DNA from: an uncultured Clostridia bacterium
GTDB lineage: Bacteria > Bacillota > Clostridia > TANB77 > CAG-508
Assembly: GCA_934177725.1 (NCBI GenBank)
Contig: CAKPPO010000001.1
Coordinates: 70,820 to 134,819 of the forward strand
Reading direction: 5' to 3'
Length of the DNA: 64,000 bases
This document shows, piece by piece, positions 20,251-30,678 of the stretch (positions within the stretch are counted from its first letter, which is position 1; every line of letters starts with the position of its first letter). Below the pieces are notes generated by a model that had not been told where the DNA came from, searched no databases, and worked only from the letters and a program-made list of their open reading frames with translations. The position numbers and the translations under genes are program-made.

Positions 20251-22056
20251 GTGAATATTATTTATCTAATTTCTATTAATATATTACTTATAACCATAAT
20301 ATTAATAAAAAAAATAGATAAAAAAATAAATATAATTAGTAGTATTATTATAACAATAATAGCTTTTATGTGTTATCAAACAATAATAGCGTATTTCTTA
20401 GATTTAGTAAGAATTCCAATTACACTTTTTAATATGAGTATTATCAATATAATATTAATTACTATATTATGGGTTGTCTACTTTTTTAAAATAAAGAAAT
20501 TTCAGAGTTATACTATAAAAAAGAGAGATATTATTTTCTTAATAATATTACTAATTATAAATATACCTATTTTATATAGACAATATGGAATTTTAGAAAA
20601 TTTCCGTTATATTTCTACAGATTCAGTTATGCATTGTCAAGCAGCGATTACTTTTTCAAAGAGCGATTTTTTATTAGATTCAATGAAAAATTGGGAAGCA
20701 ATTAATCCTACTTTCATGATAGCAAGCTATGTAAATGATGGTTTATTAATGAAAGCACTAGTAAATATAATTGGAGAATTTAATTTGTATAAAGTATATA
20801 TGTTTACAGATATTTCATATTACTTTATGATAGGATACGTATTCTATTTATTAATTACATCATCCAAGAATTGTAATAGAAAATCAAAATATATATTATC
20901 ATATGTTATTTCTATCTTATTTATGATAGGATATCCATTAAACTCTATTATTACAGGATTTCATTATTTTACATTAGGAATCCTAGAATTTATTACTATT
21001 TTATATATAATAGAAATATTGCATGGAGAAAATAAAAAAATAATGTATATTTTGTTATTTTTACTAAATACAGCAATCATGCTTACATATAACTTACTTG
21101 CACCAATAATTTATTTAGCAGAATTTTTCTATTTTATTTATGAAAAAATCAAAGTCAAAGAAAAATTACTTACTAAAAAAAGTATATTAGAATTAATTAT
21201 TATATTTATCATTCCAGGTATTATAGGACTAAGCTTTTTCTTATTACCTAGGATATTAGAAAATATAGTTTTGGAAAACCAACAACAATTATGGATAGAT
21301 GGATATATTTATATTAATTATTGGTCAAATATAATTATTTTTATTCCATTTGTCATATATTATATTTTTAATAAAATAAAAAGTAAAAAAATAAATATTG
21401 AAATGATAACATTATTTACAATTTGTTCTTTTATGTTCTTATTATTAATAGGATTATTTACAGGTTATGTATCAACATACTATTTTATGAAACCATATTT
21501 CTTATTAAACGCAATTTTATTAATACTATTTTATAAAAGTTTATGCTTAATAATAGATAGATTAAAGCTTGGGAAAATATTTTCTTTAATATTTATATCT
21601 TTATATTGCATAATTTTAATTTTGAATATAATTTTTGTAAATATAGATCCGAATGGTTTTAAAACATACAATGAAAGTTATAAAAAACTATTTGATATAT
21701 ACAATTCAAATAAGGCAGTGATGAAACTGATTCAAAACGAATTTACAGAAGATCGTATAGAAACTTTAAAATACATATATGAAAATAAACTAATAGAAAA
21801 ACAAAACTTATTATACTTAGGAGATTATATAGATAATTTCTTATTTAAAATGTTTTTTACATATGAAAATAGAGAAGGAATAGATAAACCTAATATAAAT
21901 GAACATATTCAAAAATGGAATAAAGGAGAATATGAATATTTAGTTGTATTTTTAAAAAAGTCATATTTAAATTATTATAGTAAGGTATTGAGGTTACAAA
22001 ATAGTAAAATAATTTTTGAAACAGAAAATTGTGCAATATATGAATTTGCAAATTAA
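20251..22056 (+). CDS. Large polytopic membrane protein (uncharacterised, possible GT-C-type glycosyltransferase or polymerase)
   Basis: GTG start after AAAGGGGAAG. 601 aa with more than 12 hydrophobic segments and a ~130-aa soluble C-terminus. No motif recognised. Confidence 0.45.
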   Translation: MNIIYLISINILLITIILIKKIDKKINIISSIIITIIAFMCYQTIIAYFLDLVRIPITLFNMSIINIILITILWVVYFFKIKKFQSYTIKKRDIIFLIILLIINIPILYRQYGILENFRYISTDSVMHCQAAITFSKSDFLLDSMKNWEAINPTFMIASYVNDGLLMKALVNIIGEFNLYKVYMFTDISYYFMIGYVFYLLITSSKNCNRKSKYILSYVISILFMIGYPLNSIITGFHYFTLGILEFITILYIIEILHGENKKIMYILLFLLNTAIMLTYNLLAPIIYLAEFFYFIYEKIKVKEKLLTKKSILELIIIFIIPGIIGLSFFLLPRILENIVLENQQQLWIDGYIYINYWSNIIIFIPFVIYYIFNKIKSKKINIEMITLFTICSFMFLLLIGLFTGYVSTYYFMKPYFLLNAILLILFYKSLCLIIDRLKLGKIFSLIFISLYCIILILNIIFVNIDPNGFKTYNESYKKLFDIYNSNKAVMKLIQNEFTEDRIETLKYIYENKLIEKQNLLYLGDYIDNFLFKMFFTYENREGIDKPNINEHIQKWNKGEYEYLVVFLKKSYLNYYSKVLRLQNSKIIFETENCAIYEFAN

Positions 22057-22078
22057 AAAACAAAGATGGAGGAAAAAA

Positions 22079-23023
22079 ATGAAGAAAATTAGTATTATTA
22101 TACCAGCATATAATGAAGAAGAATCATTACCAATGCTATACGAAAGACTAAACAAATTAATGAATGAAGTAACCAATTATGAATTTGAAGTTTTATTCGT
22201 AAATGATGGAAGTAAAGATAAAACAATTCAAATAATAAAAGAGTTAAGAAAAAAAGATGAAAGGATTTGCTATGTAGACTTTTCTCGTAATTTTGGAAAA
22301 GAAATTGCTATGATAGCAGGTTTAGATTATGCAAAGGGAGACTGCGTAATATTTATGGATGCGGATTTACAGGATCCACCAGAATTAATTCCAGAATTGA
22401 TTAAATATTGGGAAGAAGGTTATGATGATGTATATGCTAGAAGAAGTAGTAGAAAAGGTGAAACTTGGCTTAAGAAATTTACATCTAAAATGTACTATAG
22501 AGTGTTACAAAGTTTAACAAGAATTCCAATTCAAAAAGATACGGGGGACTTTAGATTATTAGATAAGCGTTGTGTAAACGCACTAAAAAAATTAAGAGAA
22601 TCTCAAAGATGTTCAAAATCTATGTTTAGTTGGATAGGATATAATAAAAAAGAAGTTTTATATGAAAGAGATCCTCGTATTGCAGGAAGTACAAAATGGA
22701 ATTATAGAAGATTGATAGATTTAGCAATAGACGGAATAACATCATTTACAACTTCACCTCTTAGAATATCAACATACTTAAGTATTCCTACATTTTTAGC
22801 TTTATTTATATATTTCATATATGTAATTGTAAAATGTTTTGCAACATCTACTTTTGTACAAGCATATCAAGCAATAATATTACTTATTTTATTTTTCTCA
22901 GGAATACAAATATTATTATTTGGAATTATAGGAGAGTATTTAGGAAGAATATTTAATGAAACAAAAAATAGGCCACTATATTTTATAAACGAATATAATG
23001 GAGAAAAAGAAATGAATGAATAA
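22079..23023 (+). CDS. GtrB/CsbB-like polyprenyl-phosphate glycosyltransferase (GT2 with two C-terminal TM helices)
   Basis: Start at the ATG after GGAGG. ISIIIPAYNEEESL, VNDGSKD and MDADLQDPPE motifs. C-terminal hydrophobic pair ending GEYLGRIF. Confidence 0.85.
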   Translation: MKKISIIIPAYNEEESLPMLYERLNKLMNEVTNYEFEVLFVNDGSKDKTIQIIKELRKKDERICYVDFSRNFGKEIAMIAGLDYAKGDCVIFMDADLQDPPELIPELIKYWEEGYDDVYARRSSRKGETWLKKFTSKMYYRVLQSLTRIPIQKDTGDFRLLDKRCVNALKKLRESQRCSKSMFSWIGYNKKEVLYERDPRIAGSTKWNYRRLIDLAIDGITSFTTSPLRISTYLSIPTFLALFIYFIYVIVKCFATSTFVQAYQAIILLILFFSGIQILLFGIIGEYLGRIFNETKNRPLYFINEYNGEKEMNE

Positions 23024-23047
23024 ATATAAAAAATAAGAGGAAAACAA

Positions 23048-23992
23048 ATGGAAAAAATAGCAGTGTTAATACCTTGCTACAATGAGGAACTGACAATAGA
23101 AAAGGTAATAAAAGATTTTAAAAGAGAATTGCCTGATGCAGATATTTATGTATATGACAATAATTCTAAGGATAAAACAGCAGAAATTGCTACTAAAAAT
23201 GGAGCAATAGTTAGACATGAATATAGACAGGGCAAAGGTAATGTAGTAAGAAGTATGTTTAGAGATATAGAAGCGGATATCTATATTATGGTGGATGGAG
23301 ATGATACATATCCTGCTGAAGAAGTATACAAATTAATCGAACCAATAAAAAATGGACAAGCTGATATGGTAATAGGTGATAGATTAACTAATGGAACTTA
23401 TAAAAAAGAAAATAAGAGACCATTCCATAGATTTGGAAATAATATAGTAAAGAATTCTATAAACAAATTATTTAAAACAGATTTAAAAGATATAATGACA
23501 GGTTATAGAGTGTTTAACAAAATATTTGTAAAAAATATACCTGTAATGAGTCCTAAATTTGAGATCGAAACAGAAATGACTTTACATGCTTTAGATAAAA
23601 AATTTATAATACAAGAAATACCAATTATATATAGAGATAGACCATCTGGTAGTTTTTCAAAACTAAATACTATAAAAGATGGAATAAAGGTAATAAAGAC
23701 AATTATAAAAATGCTTAAAGACATAAAACCAAGACAATTCTTTTGGTGGATTGCATTTATATTTATTATTATCGGATTAATAGTAGGTATTCCGGTTATT
23801 ATTGAATTTATAAAAACAGGATATATTACAAAAGTACCATCAGCAATACTTGCCACAGGTATAATGATATTTGCATTAATTACAGCACAATGTGGGGTAA
23901 TACTAGATACAGTTGTAAAACAAAATAAAGAAAAATATGAATTAAATTTGTTAAGATATATACAATTAGAAGACTTAAAACAAAATAAATAA
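23048..23992 (+). CDS. GT2 glycosyltransferase with C-terminal TM helices (second polyprenyl-phosphate sugar synthase-like enzyme)
   Basis: [23 protein letters not shown] and VDGDDTY motifs, plus two C-terminal hydrophobic helices. Confidence 0.75.
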   Translation: MEKIAVLIPCYNEELTIEKVIKDFKRELPDADIYVYDNNSKDKTAEIATKNGAIVRHEYRQGKGNVVRSMFRDIEADIYIMVDGDDTYPAEEVYKLIEPIKNGQADMVIGDRLTNGTYKKENKRPFHRFGNNIVKNSINKLFKTDLKDIMTGYRVFNKIFVKNIPVMSPKFEIETEMTLHALDKKFIIQEIPIIYRDRPSGSFSKLNTIKDGIKVIKTIIKMLKDIKPRQFFWWIAFIFIIIGLIVGIPVIIEFIKTGYITKVPSAILATGIMIFALITAQCGVILDTVVKQNKEKYELNLLRYIQLEDLKQNK

Positions 23993-24005
23993 GGGGCTTA
24001 AAAAA

Positions 24006-25022
24006 ATGGAGTTAGAAGAAAACAAATTAACTTGTCCAGAATTACAAGATACAACAGAAGAGCGAATGGAAAACACATTAAGACCTCAAAAATTAAAGGA
24101 CTACATTGGACAAGATAAAGTAAAAGAGAATATGAAAATATATATAGAGGCTGCCAAAAAAAGAGGTGAGCCTCTTGATCATGTTTTATTATATGGCCCT
24201 CCTGGACTTGGAAAAACTACACTTGCAAATATTATTTCAAATGAAATGAATTCAAATATAAAAATAACATCAGGACCTGCTATAGAAAAACCAGGAGATT
24301 TAGCAGCAATTTTAACAGGACTAAATGAATTTGATGTTTTATTTATAGATGAAATACATCGTTTAAACAAATCTGTAGAAGAAATATTATATCCGGCATT
24401 GGAAGATTACACATTAGATATAATTATAGGCAAAGGATCAGAAGCAAAATCTATAAGAATTGATTTACCAAAGTTTACTTTAATAGGAGCAACAACAAGA
24501 GCAGGTTCTCTTACAACACCTTTAAGAGATAGATTTGGTATAATACATAGATTAGAATTATATAGTGTAGAGAATTTAAGCAAAATAGTAAAACGTTCAG
24601 CTAAAATATTAAATATAGAAATAGATGATACATCTTGCATAGAAATTGCAAGACGTTCTCGTGGAACACCAAGAATTGCAAATAGATTATTAAAAAGAGT
24701 AAGAGATTATGCATTAGTAGTTGGAAATGGTTATATAGACCTAAAAATCACGAAATTAGCATTAAATGGGTTAGAAATAGATGAGCTAGGGCTTGATGAA
24801 ATAGATAGAAAGCTACTAGAAACTATGATTTTAACATATAAGGGAAGACCTGTAGGAATAGATACTTTAGCCACAACAATAGGTGAAGAAATAGAAACTG
24901 TAGAAGATGTATATGAACCATATTTAATTCAAATAGGGTTTATAGCAAGAACACCAAGAGGTAGAATACCATTAAAACAAGCATATGAACATATGGGATA
25001 TTTATATGAAGAAGATAAATAG
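24006..25022 (+). CDS. ruvB: Holliday junction branch migration helicase RuvB
   Basis: [12 protein letters not shown], Walker [10 protein letters not shown], Walker B FIDEIHRL, and [14 protein letters not shown]. Confidence 0.95.
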   Translation: MELEENKLTCPELQDTTEERMENTLRPQKLKDYIGQDKVKENMKIYIEAAKKRGEPLDHVLLYGPPGLGKTTLANIISNEMNSNIKITSGPAIEKPGDLAAILTGLNEFDVLFIDEIHRLNKSVEEILYPALEDYTLDIIIGKGSEAKSIRIDLPKFTLIGATTRAGSLTTPLRDRFGIIHRLELYSVENLSKIVKRSAKILNIEIDDTSCIEIARRSRGTPRIANRLLKRVRDYALVVGNGYIDLKITKLALNGLEIDELGLDEIDRKLLETMILTYKGRPVGIDTLATTIGEEIETVEDVYEPYLIQIGFIARTPRGRIPLKQAYEHMGYLYEEDK

Positions 25023-25031
25023 GAGATTTAG

Positions 25032-26507
25032 ATGAAAATAGTAAAGAATAATGATAAAGCAAAACAAATAATAATTATATGTATTTCTGCAATATTAATG
25101 CTTTTATATTTTAATTATAGAGTGGAAATTAGTGGTTTTGAATTATATGAAAAATTGATTGTTAATATAATTATTGTTGTACTAATATTAATTTTGATAT
25201 GTTTATATACATATATAAATAATAGTAAATTAAAAGTAGAAAAAATCTTTTTAGTAGTTGCAATATCATTTTGTACATTACTTTGTATAGCGATGCCTAT
25301 AACAAAAGGACATGATGAATCTATTCATGGTTTTAGAATTTATGAATATGCAAATGGAAAAATAGTAAGCGACGGAAAAAATGTAAATTTACAATTAGGA
25401 GTAATAGAGGCGCTAAAAGATAAACCTTTATATACAAGTCTTTTTGAACAGCCAAAAGATAATTATAATGTGAATACAGAAAAAGTTAATATGGAAAGTA
25501 GAATAGCATCTTATTCTCCTATAACATATTTACCTCAATTAATAGGAATACAGATAGGAAAGATATTTACTAATAATGCATTAATACAATTATATTTTGC
25601 AAGAATATTAAATATGATTGCATGTATAACTATGCTTTATTATGCAGTTAAACTTATTCCTTTTGGGAAAAATGTTATTTTTTTAATATCTTTAATACCA
25701 ATTTCAATAGAAGGATATGTAACTTTGTCAGCAGATGGCATTGCAATAGCAACAGCAATTTTATTTATTAGTTTTGTTTTGTATTTAGCATATGGAATAA
25801 AAGAAAAAGTATCTAACAAACAAATGGTAATATTATTATTAATATCTATAGTATTAGCTATTAGCAAAACTATATATTTCCCTATGATATTATTCGTTTT
25901 TATTATACCTAAAGAAAAATTTGAAAATAATAGATATTTTTGGTTATGTTCTATCTTTTTATTAGCAAGTTTTGCTGATTTTGTATGGTATTTGAATGGA
26001 ACCAAAACAAATGTAGGGGGACAAAATCAAAGCGCTATTGAATATATAATACAAAATCCAATCCAATATATGGGAAAAGTACTATATACAATAGCAAGCA
26101 GAGGATATATATATTTAGAAGAAATATTTGGTGGATATTTAGAATGGAATGAAAATGTAAAAATATATGTGTTTCCGATTATATTATTAATAACAACTAT
26201 ACTGCTTATAACAAAAGGAGAAAAAGAGAGCTTTAAATTTAAAAGCTGTCAAAAAGTTTTATGTTTATTTATAGTAGTATCTATAATAGTATTAATTTTT
26301 ACTTCAATGTTTTTAGGTTGGGCAAGATTAGAACTTGATTATATAGAGGGAATACAAGGAAGATATCTGTTACCAATATTACCGCTAATATTGCTATTGT
26401 TTAGTAGAAGATTTTTAGATGATGAAAAAACAACAAAAAATATAGTGTTATTAATATTAATAATGCAGATATTTGTAATTACTAATATTGCTATGTTTCA
26501 TATATAA
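25032..26507 (+). CDS. Polytopic membrane protein, DUF2142-like (GT-C-type candidate)
   Basis: HDESIH motif in the first loop and a GIQGRYLLPILPLILLL C-terminal motif. Paralog of ORF 6619..8181. Confidence 0.65.
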   Translation: MKIVKNNDKAKQIIIICISAILMLLYFNYRVEISGFELYEKLIVNIIIVVLILILICLYTYINNSKLKVEKIFLVVAISFCTLLCIAMPITKGHDESIHGFRIYEYANGKIVSDGKNVNLQLGVIEALKDKPLYTSLFEQPKDNYNVNTEKVNMESRIASYSPITYLPQLIGIQIGKIFTNNALIQLYFARILNMIACITMLYYAVKLIPFGKNVIFLISLIPISIEGYVTLSADGIAIATAILFISFVLYLAYGIKEKVSNKQMVILLLISIVLAISKTIYFPMILFVFIIPKEKFENNRYFWLCSIFLLASFADFVWYLNGTKTNVGGQNQSAIEYIIQNPIQYMGKVLYTIASRGYIYLEEIFGGYLEWNENVKIYVFPIILLITTILLITKGEKESFKFKSCQKVLCLFIVVSIIVLIFTSMFLGWARLELDYIEGIQGRYLLPILPLILLLFSRRFLDDEKTTKNIVLLILIMQIFVITNIAMFHI

Positions 26508-26531
26508 AAATATAAAAAGGTAAAAGAGAGA

Positions 26532-27992
26532 ATGAGTATAAGAAAAATTTTTAATAAAGAGAGTATAATAAAAATAATATACTTTTTTACAAGTGTGTTA
26601 TTAACTATTCCATCTATAATTTATTTGATAAAAAATAGAACAATATATAATTTTGTGTATGTATTTTCATATATGTATAGAAGTGCTACAGGAGAATATG
26701 AACATTATATTAACGCAATTATCTATGTGATTCTATTTTCAATATTATTTCTATTATATTTTAAAATTTTAAAGAATATTAGTAAGATATTTAAAACTAA
26801 CAAGAGAATGTTTATATTTATAATAATTATAGGTGTGTTATTCGCAATAATAATTCCAACAACAAGTTTAGATGTATTCTCATATATAGGGAATGGATGG
26901 GTAGATTCACACTACAATGAAAATCCATATTATACATCAGTGCAAAATGTATGGGATAAAAATGGACCAGATGAAATGCTAGGAAAAGTAGCAAGATGCT
27001 GGAGGACAGAACCTGTTGTATATGGACCTACATGGAGTATTATTTGTAAAGCATTAACTTCTTTATCATTTGGAAATATAACAGCTTCATTATATATATT
27101 TAAACTAGCATCTTTAATTATATTTTTAACAAGTACATATTTAATATATAAGATAACAAACAAAAAAATATTTGTGGCTATGTTTGCTTTAAATCCATTT
27201 ATACTATTTGAATTTTTAAGCAATGTTCATAATGATATTTTTCTAGTATTTTTTATACTACTTGGAATTTACTTTATAAAAAACAGAAAAAATATATTTT
27301 TATCAGTTGCATGTATTGCAATTGCAACAGGTATTAAATATTTAAGCATTTTATTATTACCATTTATATTAATATATGCATTAAAAGAAGAAAAAACAAA
27401 AAATAAAATAATTAAAACTTTATTATACGTGTTAGAATTTGTTATAATTATATGTGCTTTCTATTTACTATATATAAAAGATTTTAGAGTATTATCAGGT
27501 ATTTTTGTGCAACAAAATAAATACGGAAGGTCAATATTTTTAGTAATATATTATTTATTAAATGGAGATGAGAAAGCATTAGACTTAATAAAAATATTAA
27601 GTCTAGCAATATTTGCCTTTTCGTATATTGCAATATTATTCAAATTATTTTTTGCTAAAGATAGCAATAATATTAAATTCAGCCAATTAATGAAAACATA
27701 TCAAATGTTCTTATTAATATTTACATTTGTATTAATTACAAATTTCAATCCATGGTATGTAATATGGCTATTTCCAACATTATTCTATCAAAAAGCTAAA
27801 AATATTAGATATACATTATATTTATCAATGGGTGTAATATATTCTTACACTATTACATATGCAACAAAAATAGATGACGAATCAGTTGGAATACCATATT
27901 TTCTAGTTATGGTAATTACAATTTTAATATTAGAACTAATAAGACAAACAAAGATAAAATTTAAAGATGTAAAAAGAAAAGAATTAAGATAA
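26532..27992 (+). CDS. Polytopic membrane protein, GT-C-like (DUF2029/mannosyltransferase-like)
   Basis: 486 aa with more than 10 hydrophobic helices. The first-loop motif DVFSYIGNGW...NPYYTS...PVVYGPTW resembles GT-C DxxxY loops. Confidence 0.5.
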   Translation: MSIRKIFNKESIIKIIYFFTSVLLTIPSIIYLIKNRTIYNFVYVFSYMYRSATGEYEHYINAIIYVILFSILFLLYFKILKNISKIFKTNKRMFIFIIIIGVLFAIIIPTTSLDVFSYIGNGWVDSHYNENPYYTSVQNVWDKNGPDEMLGKVARCWRTEPVVYGPTWSIICKALTSLSFGNITASLYIFKLASLIIFLTSTYLIYKITNKKIFVAMFALNPFILFEFLSNVHNDIFLVFFILLGIYFIKNRKNIFLSVACIAIATGIKYLSILLLPFILIYALKEEKTKNKIIKTLLYVLEFVIIICAFYLLYIKDFRVLSGIFVQQNKYGRSIFLVIYYLLNGDEKALDLIKILSLAIFAFSYIAILFKLFFAKDSNNIKFSQLMKTYQMFLLIFTFVLITNFNPWYVIWLFPTLFYQKAKNIRYTLYLSMGVIYSYTITYATKIDDESVGIPYFLVMVITILILELIRQTKIKFKDVKRKELR

Positions 27993-28072
27993 TAGAAAGA
28001 GAATACTCTAAAGAACTATATAATTTTTACAACTATATGAACTTTAAAAACGAGAAAGGAATAGAATTTAAA

Positions 28073-28633
28073 ATGAAGTTATTACTACATACATGCTGTG
28101 CACCTTGTAGCGTATATTGCATAGATACATTGAGAAATGAAGGAATAGAACCAACAATATTTTGGTACAATCCAAATATACATCCATATATGGAATATAA
28201 GGCAAGAAGAGATTGTTTAAAAGAATATACTAAATCTATAAATGTACAAGCCATATTCGAAGAAGAATATGGCTTAGATGAGTTTTGCAAAAATGTAGTC
28301 GGAGATTTAAAAAATAGGTGTACAAACTATTGTTATCCAGTAAGATTAAGAAAAACATTTGAATATGCAAAAGAACATGGTTATGATGCAGTATCTACAA
28401 CATTACTTTATAGCATATATCAAAAACATGATTTTATAAAAGAATATATGGAGAGTTTAAGCAAAGAATTTGGGATAGAATTTTTATATCGAGATTTTAG
28501 AATTGGTTTCTGGGAAGGACACCAAAAGGCTCATGATTTAGGTCTTTATATGCAAAAGTATTGTGGATGTGTATTTTCAGAAGAAGATAGATATAGTAAA
28601 CAAATAAAAAAAGATGTTGAATTAATAAAATAA
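28073..28633 (+). CDS. queH: Epoxyqueuosine reductase QueH (DUF208)
   Basis: LLLHTCCAPCS, NPNIHP and YCGCVFSEE motifs. An alternative upstream start exists at 28037. Confidence 0.85.
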   Translation: MKLLLHTCCAPCSVYCIDTLRNEGIEPTIFWYNPNIHPYMEYKARRDCLKEYTKSINVQAIFEEEYGLDEFCKNVVGDLKNRCTNYCYPVRLRKTFEYAKEHGYDAVSTTLLYSIYQKHDFIKEYMESLSKEFGIEFLYRDFRIGFWEGHQKAHDLGLYMQKYCGCVFSEEDRYSKQIKKDVELIK

Positions 28634-28736
28634 TAAAATGGAATATTCTGTAAATAGAACAACCGGTCAAATTTATTGTTTTTGACTTAAAATTTTTATA
28701 TAATTTGCGTATAAAAATGATAGGAGGAATTTCAAA

Positions 28737-30527
28737 ATGAAATTTAATAACGAACTTCATAAAATACATGAAATAAACAATTTTAGAGAAATGATAGATT
28801 ATACAGTAGAACATTATCCAGATAATATAGCATACAAATTTAAAAAGAATTTCAAAAAAGAAAATGAGTGCTTAGTAGAAAAAACATATAAAGAAATAAA
28901 AGAAGAAATAGTAGCTTTCTCAACAGCTTTATTAAATATGGGATTAGAAAATAAAAAAATAGCTGTTATAGGAAACAACAGATATGAATGGTGTGTAACA
29001 TATTTAGCTGCAACAACAGGAAATATGGTAATAGTACCATTAGATAAAGCACTTCCAGAGGGAGAAGTAGAAAATTTAATAAAAATAAGTAAAGCAGATG
29101 CAGTAGTATATGAAAATAAATTTGCAGAAGTATTTAATAAAATTAGAGAAGAAAATACTAGCAATTTAACAACATATATAAATATGGATTTAGAAAAACA
29201 AAAAGATGGAGTACTATCATTCCAGGAATTAGTAAATGAAGGAAAAGAACTAATAAAAAATGGTAATGATAGTTATAATAAAATAAAAATAGATAATGAA
29301 AAAATGAGTGCATTATTATTTACTTCTGGAACTACATCTCAAGCAAAAGGTGTAATGCTTTCACAAAAAAACATATGCTCAAATGTAACAGCTATGGCTA
29401 AAATGTCAAAAATGTATTCAGATGATGTAATATTATCATTTTTACCATTACATCACACTTTTGAATGTACAATCACATTTTTATATGGATTTTATAGTGG
29501 TGTAACAGTAGCATTCTGCGATGGACTAAAATATATAGCTAAAAACTTAGAAGAATATAAAGTTAGTGTAATAGTAGCAGTTCCTTTAGTTTTAGAAACT
29601 ATGTACAAAAAAATAGAAACAGGAATTGAAAAACAAGGAAAAACTAAACTTGTAAATACAATGGGAAAATTCTCAAATTTCTTATATAAATATTTACATA
29701 TAGATATTAGAAGAAAATTATTCAAATCAGTTATAGATCAATTAGGTGGAAAAGTTCGTATATTATACTTTGGTGCTGCAGCAATGAATAAACATGCAAT
29801 AGATGGATATAACACATTTGGAATAGCATCAGTTCAAGGTTATGGATTAACAGAAACATCACCATTAATTGCAGCAGAAACAGATAAACAAAAAAGACCA
29901 GGAAGTGTTGGAAGAAATCCATACAATGTTCAAATAAAATTAATAGATGAAGACGGAAATGAAATAACAAACACAAATGCACTAGATACTGAAAAAGAAA
30001 ATACAGAAACAAAAGTCGGAGAAATAGTTGCAAAAGGTCCAAACGTTATGCTTGGATATTATGAAAATGAAAAAGCAACAAATGAAGTATTACAAGATGG
30101 ATGGTTTAAAACAGGCGATTTAGGTTACTTCGATAAAGATGGTTTCTTATATATTACAGGAAGAAAAAAAGAAGTTATAGTACTAAAAAATGGAGAAAAT
30201 GTTTATCCATCAGATATTGAATTTTTAGTAAATAGATTACCATATGTACAAGAAAGCATTTTATTCCCAAGAGAAAATTCTAAAAATGAACTTGCACTTG
30301 GAATAAAAATAGTATACGATGAAGAAACAATAAAAGAAAAATTTGGAAAAAAGACAGAAAAAGAATATGAAGAAGCAGTATGGGAAGATATTAAAGAAAT
30401 AAATAAAAACTTATCAGTATTCAAAAGAATAAAAGAACTTATATTAACAAAAGAACCACTAGAAAAAACAACAACACAAAAAATAAAAAGATTTAAAGAA
30501 TTAGACAAAATCTTAAATAATAAATAA
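28737..30527 (+). CDS. AMP-dependent synthetase / long-chain fatty-acid-CoA ligase
   Basis: LLFTSGTTSQAKGV (AMP-binding motif), GYGLTETS, and GWFKTGDLGYFDKDGFLYITGRKK. Confidence 0.88.
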   Translation: MKFNNELHKIHEINNFREMIDYTVEHYPDNIAYKFKKNFKKENECLVEKTYKEIKEEIVAFSTALLNMGLENKKIAVIGNNRYEWCVTYLAATTGNMVIVPLDKALPEGEVENLIKISKADAVVYENKFAEVFNKIREENTSNLTTYINMDLEKQKDGVLSFQELVNEGKELIKNGNDSYNKIKIDNEKMSALLFTSGTTSQAKGVMLSQKNICSNVTAMAKMSKMYSDDVILSFLPLHHTFECTITFLYGFYSGVTVAFCDGLKYIAKNLEEYKVSVIVAVPLVLETMYKKIETGIEKQGKTKLVNTMGKFSNFLYKYLHIDIRRKLFKSVIDQLGGKVRILYFGAAAMNKHAIDGYNTFGIASVQGYGLTETSPLIAAETDKQKRPGSVGRNPYNVQIKLIDEDGNEITNTNALDTEKENTETKVGEIVAKGPNVMLGYYENEKATNEVLQDGWFKTGDLGYFDKDGFLYITGRKKEVIVLKNGENVYPSDIEFLVNRLPYVQESILFPRENSKNELALGIKIVYDEETIKEKFGKKTEKEYEEAVWEDIKEINKNLSVFKRIKELILTKEPLEKTTTQKIKRFKELDKILNNK

Positions 30528-30535
30528 AAATTTAA

Positions 30536-30573
30536 AAATGAAAATATAAGAGGCTTTATATTTTCATTTTTTT
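30536..30573 (+). terminator. Rho-independent terminator after the acyl-CoA ligase gene
   Basis: 14-bp stem aaatgaaaatataa / ttatattttcattt followed by a T-run. Confidence 0.8.
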
Positions 30574-30678
30574 ATTTGTTTCTAAACATTATATTGCTTT
30601 TTAAATGTTTAAATAGTAAAATAAAGAAAATAATATAATTGAGTAACAAATATTAGTTATTTCTAAGGAGGAAAAACT

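Noticed and set aside
27993-28072. Possible preQ1 riboswitch upstream of queH, and a purine riboswitch upstream of guanine deaminase (54576..54700).
   Set aside because: Neither region contains the conserved cores of those riboswitch classes. Both are short, AT-rich promoter regions.
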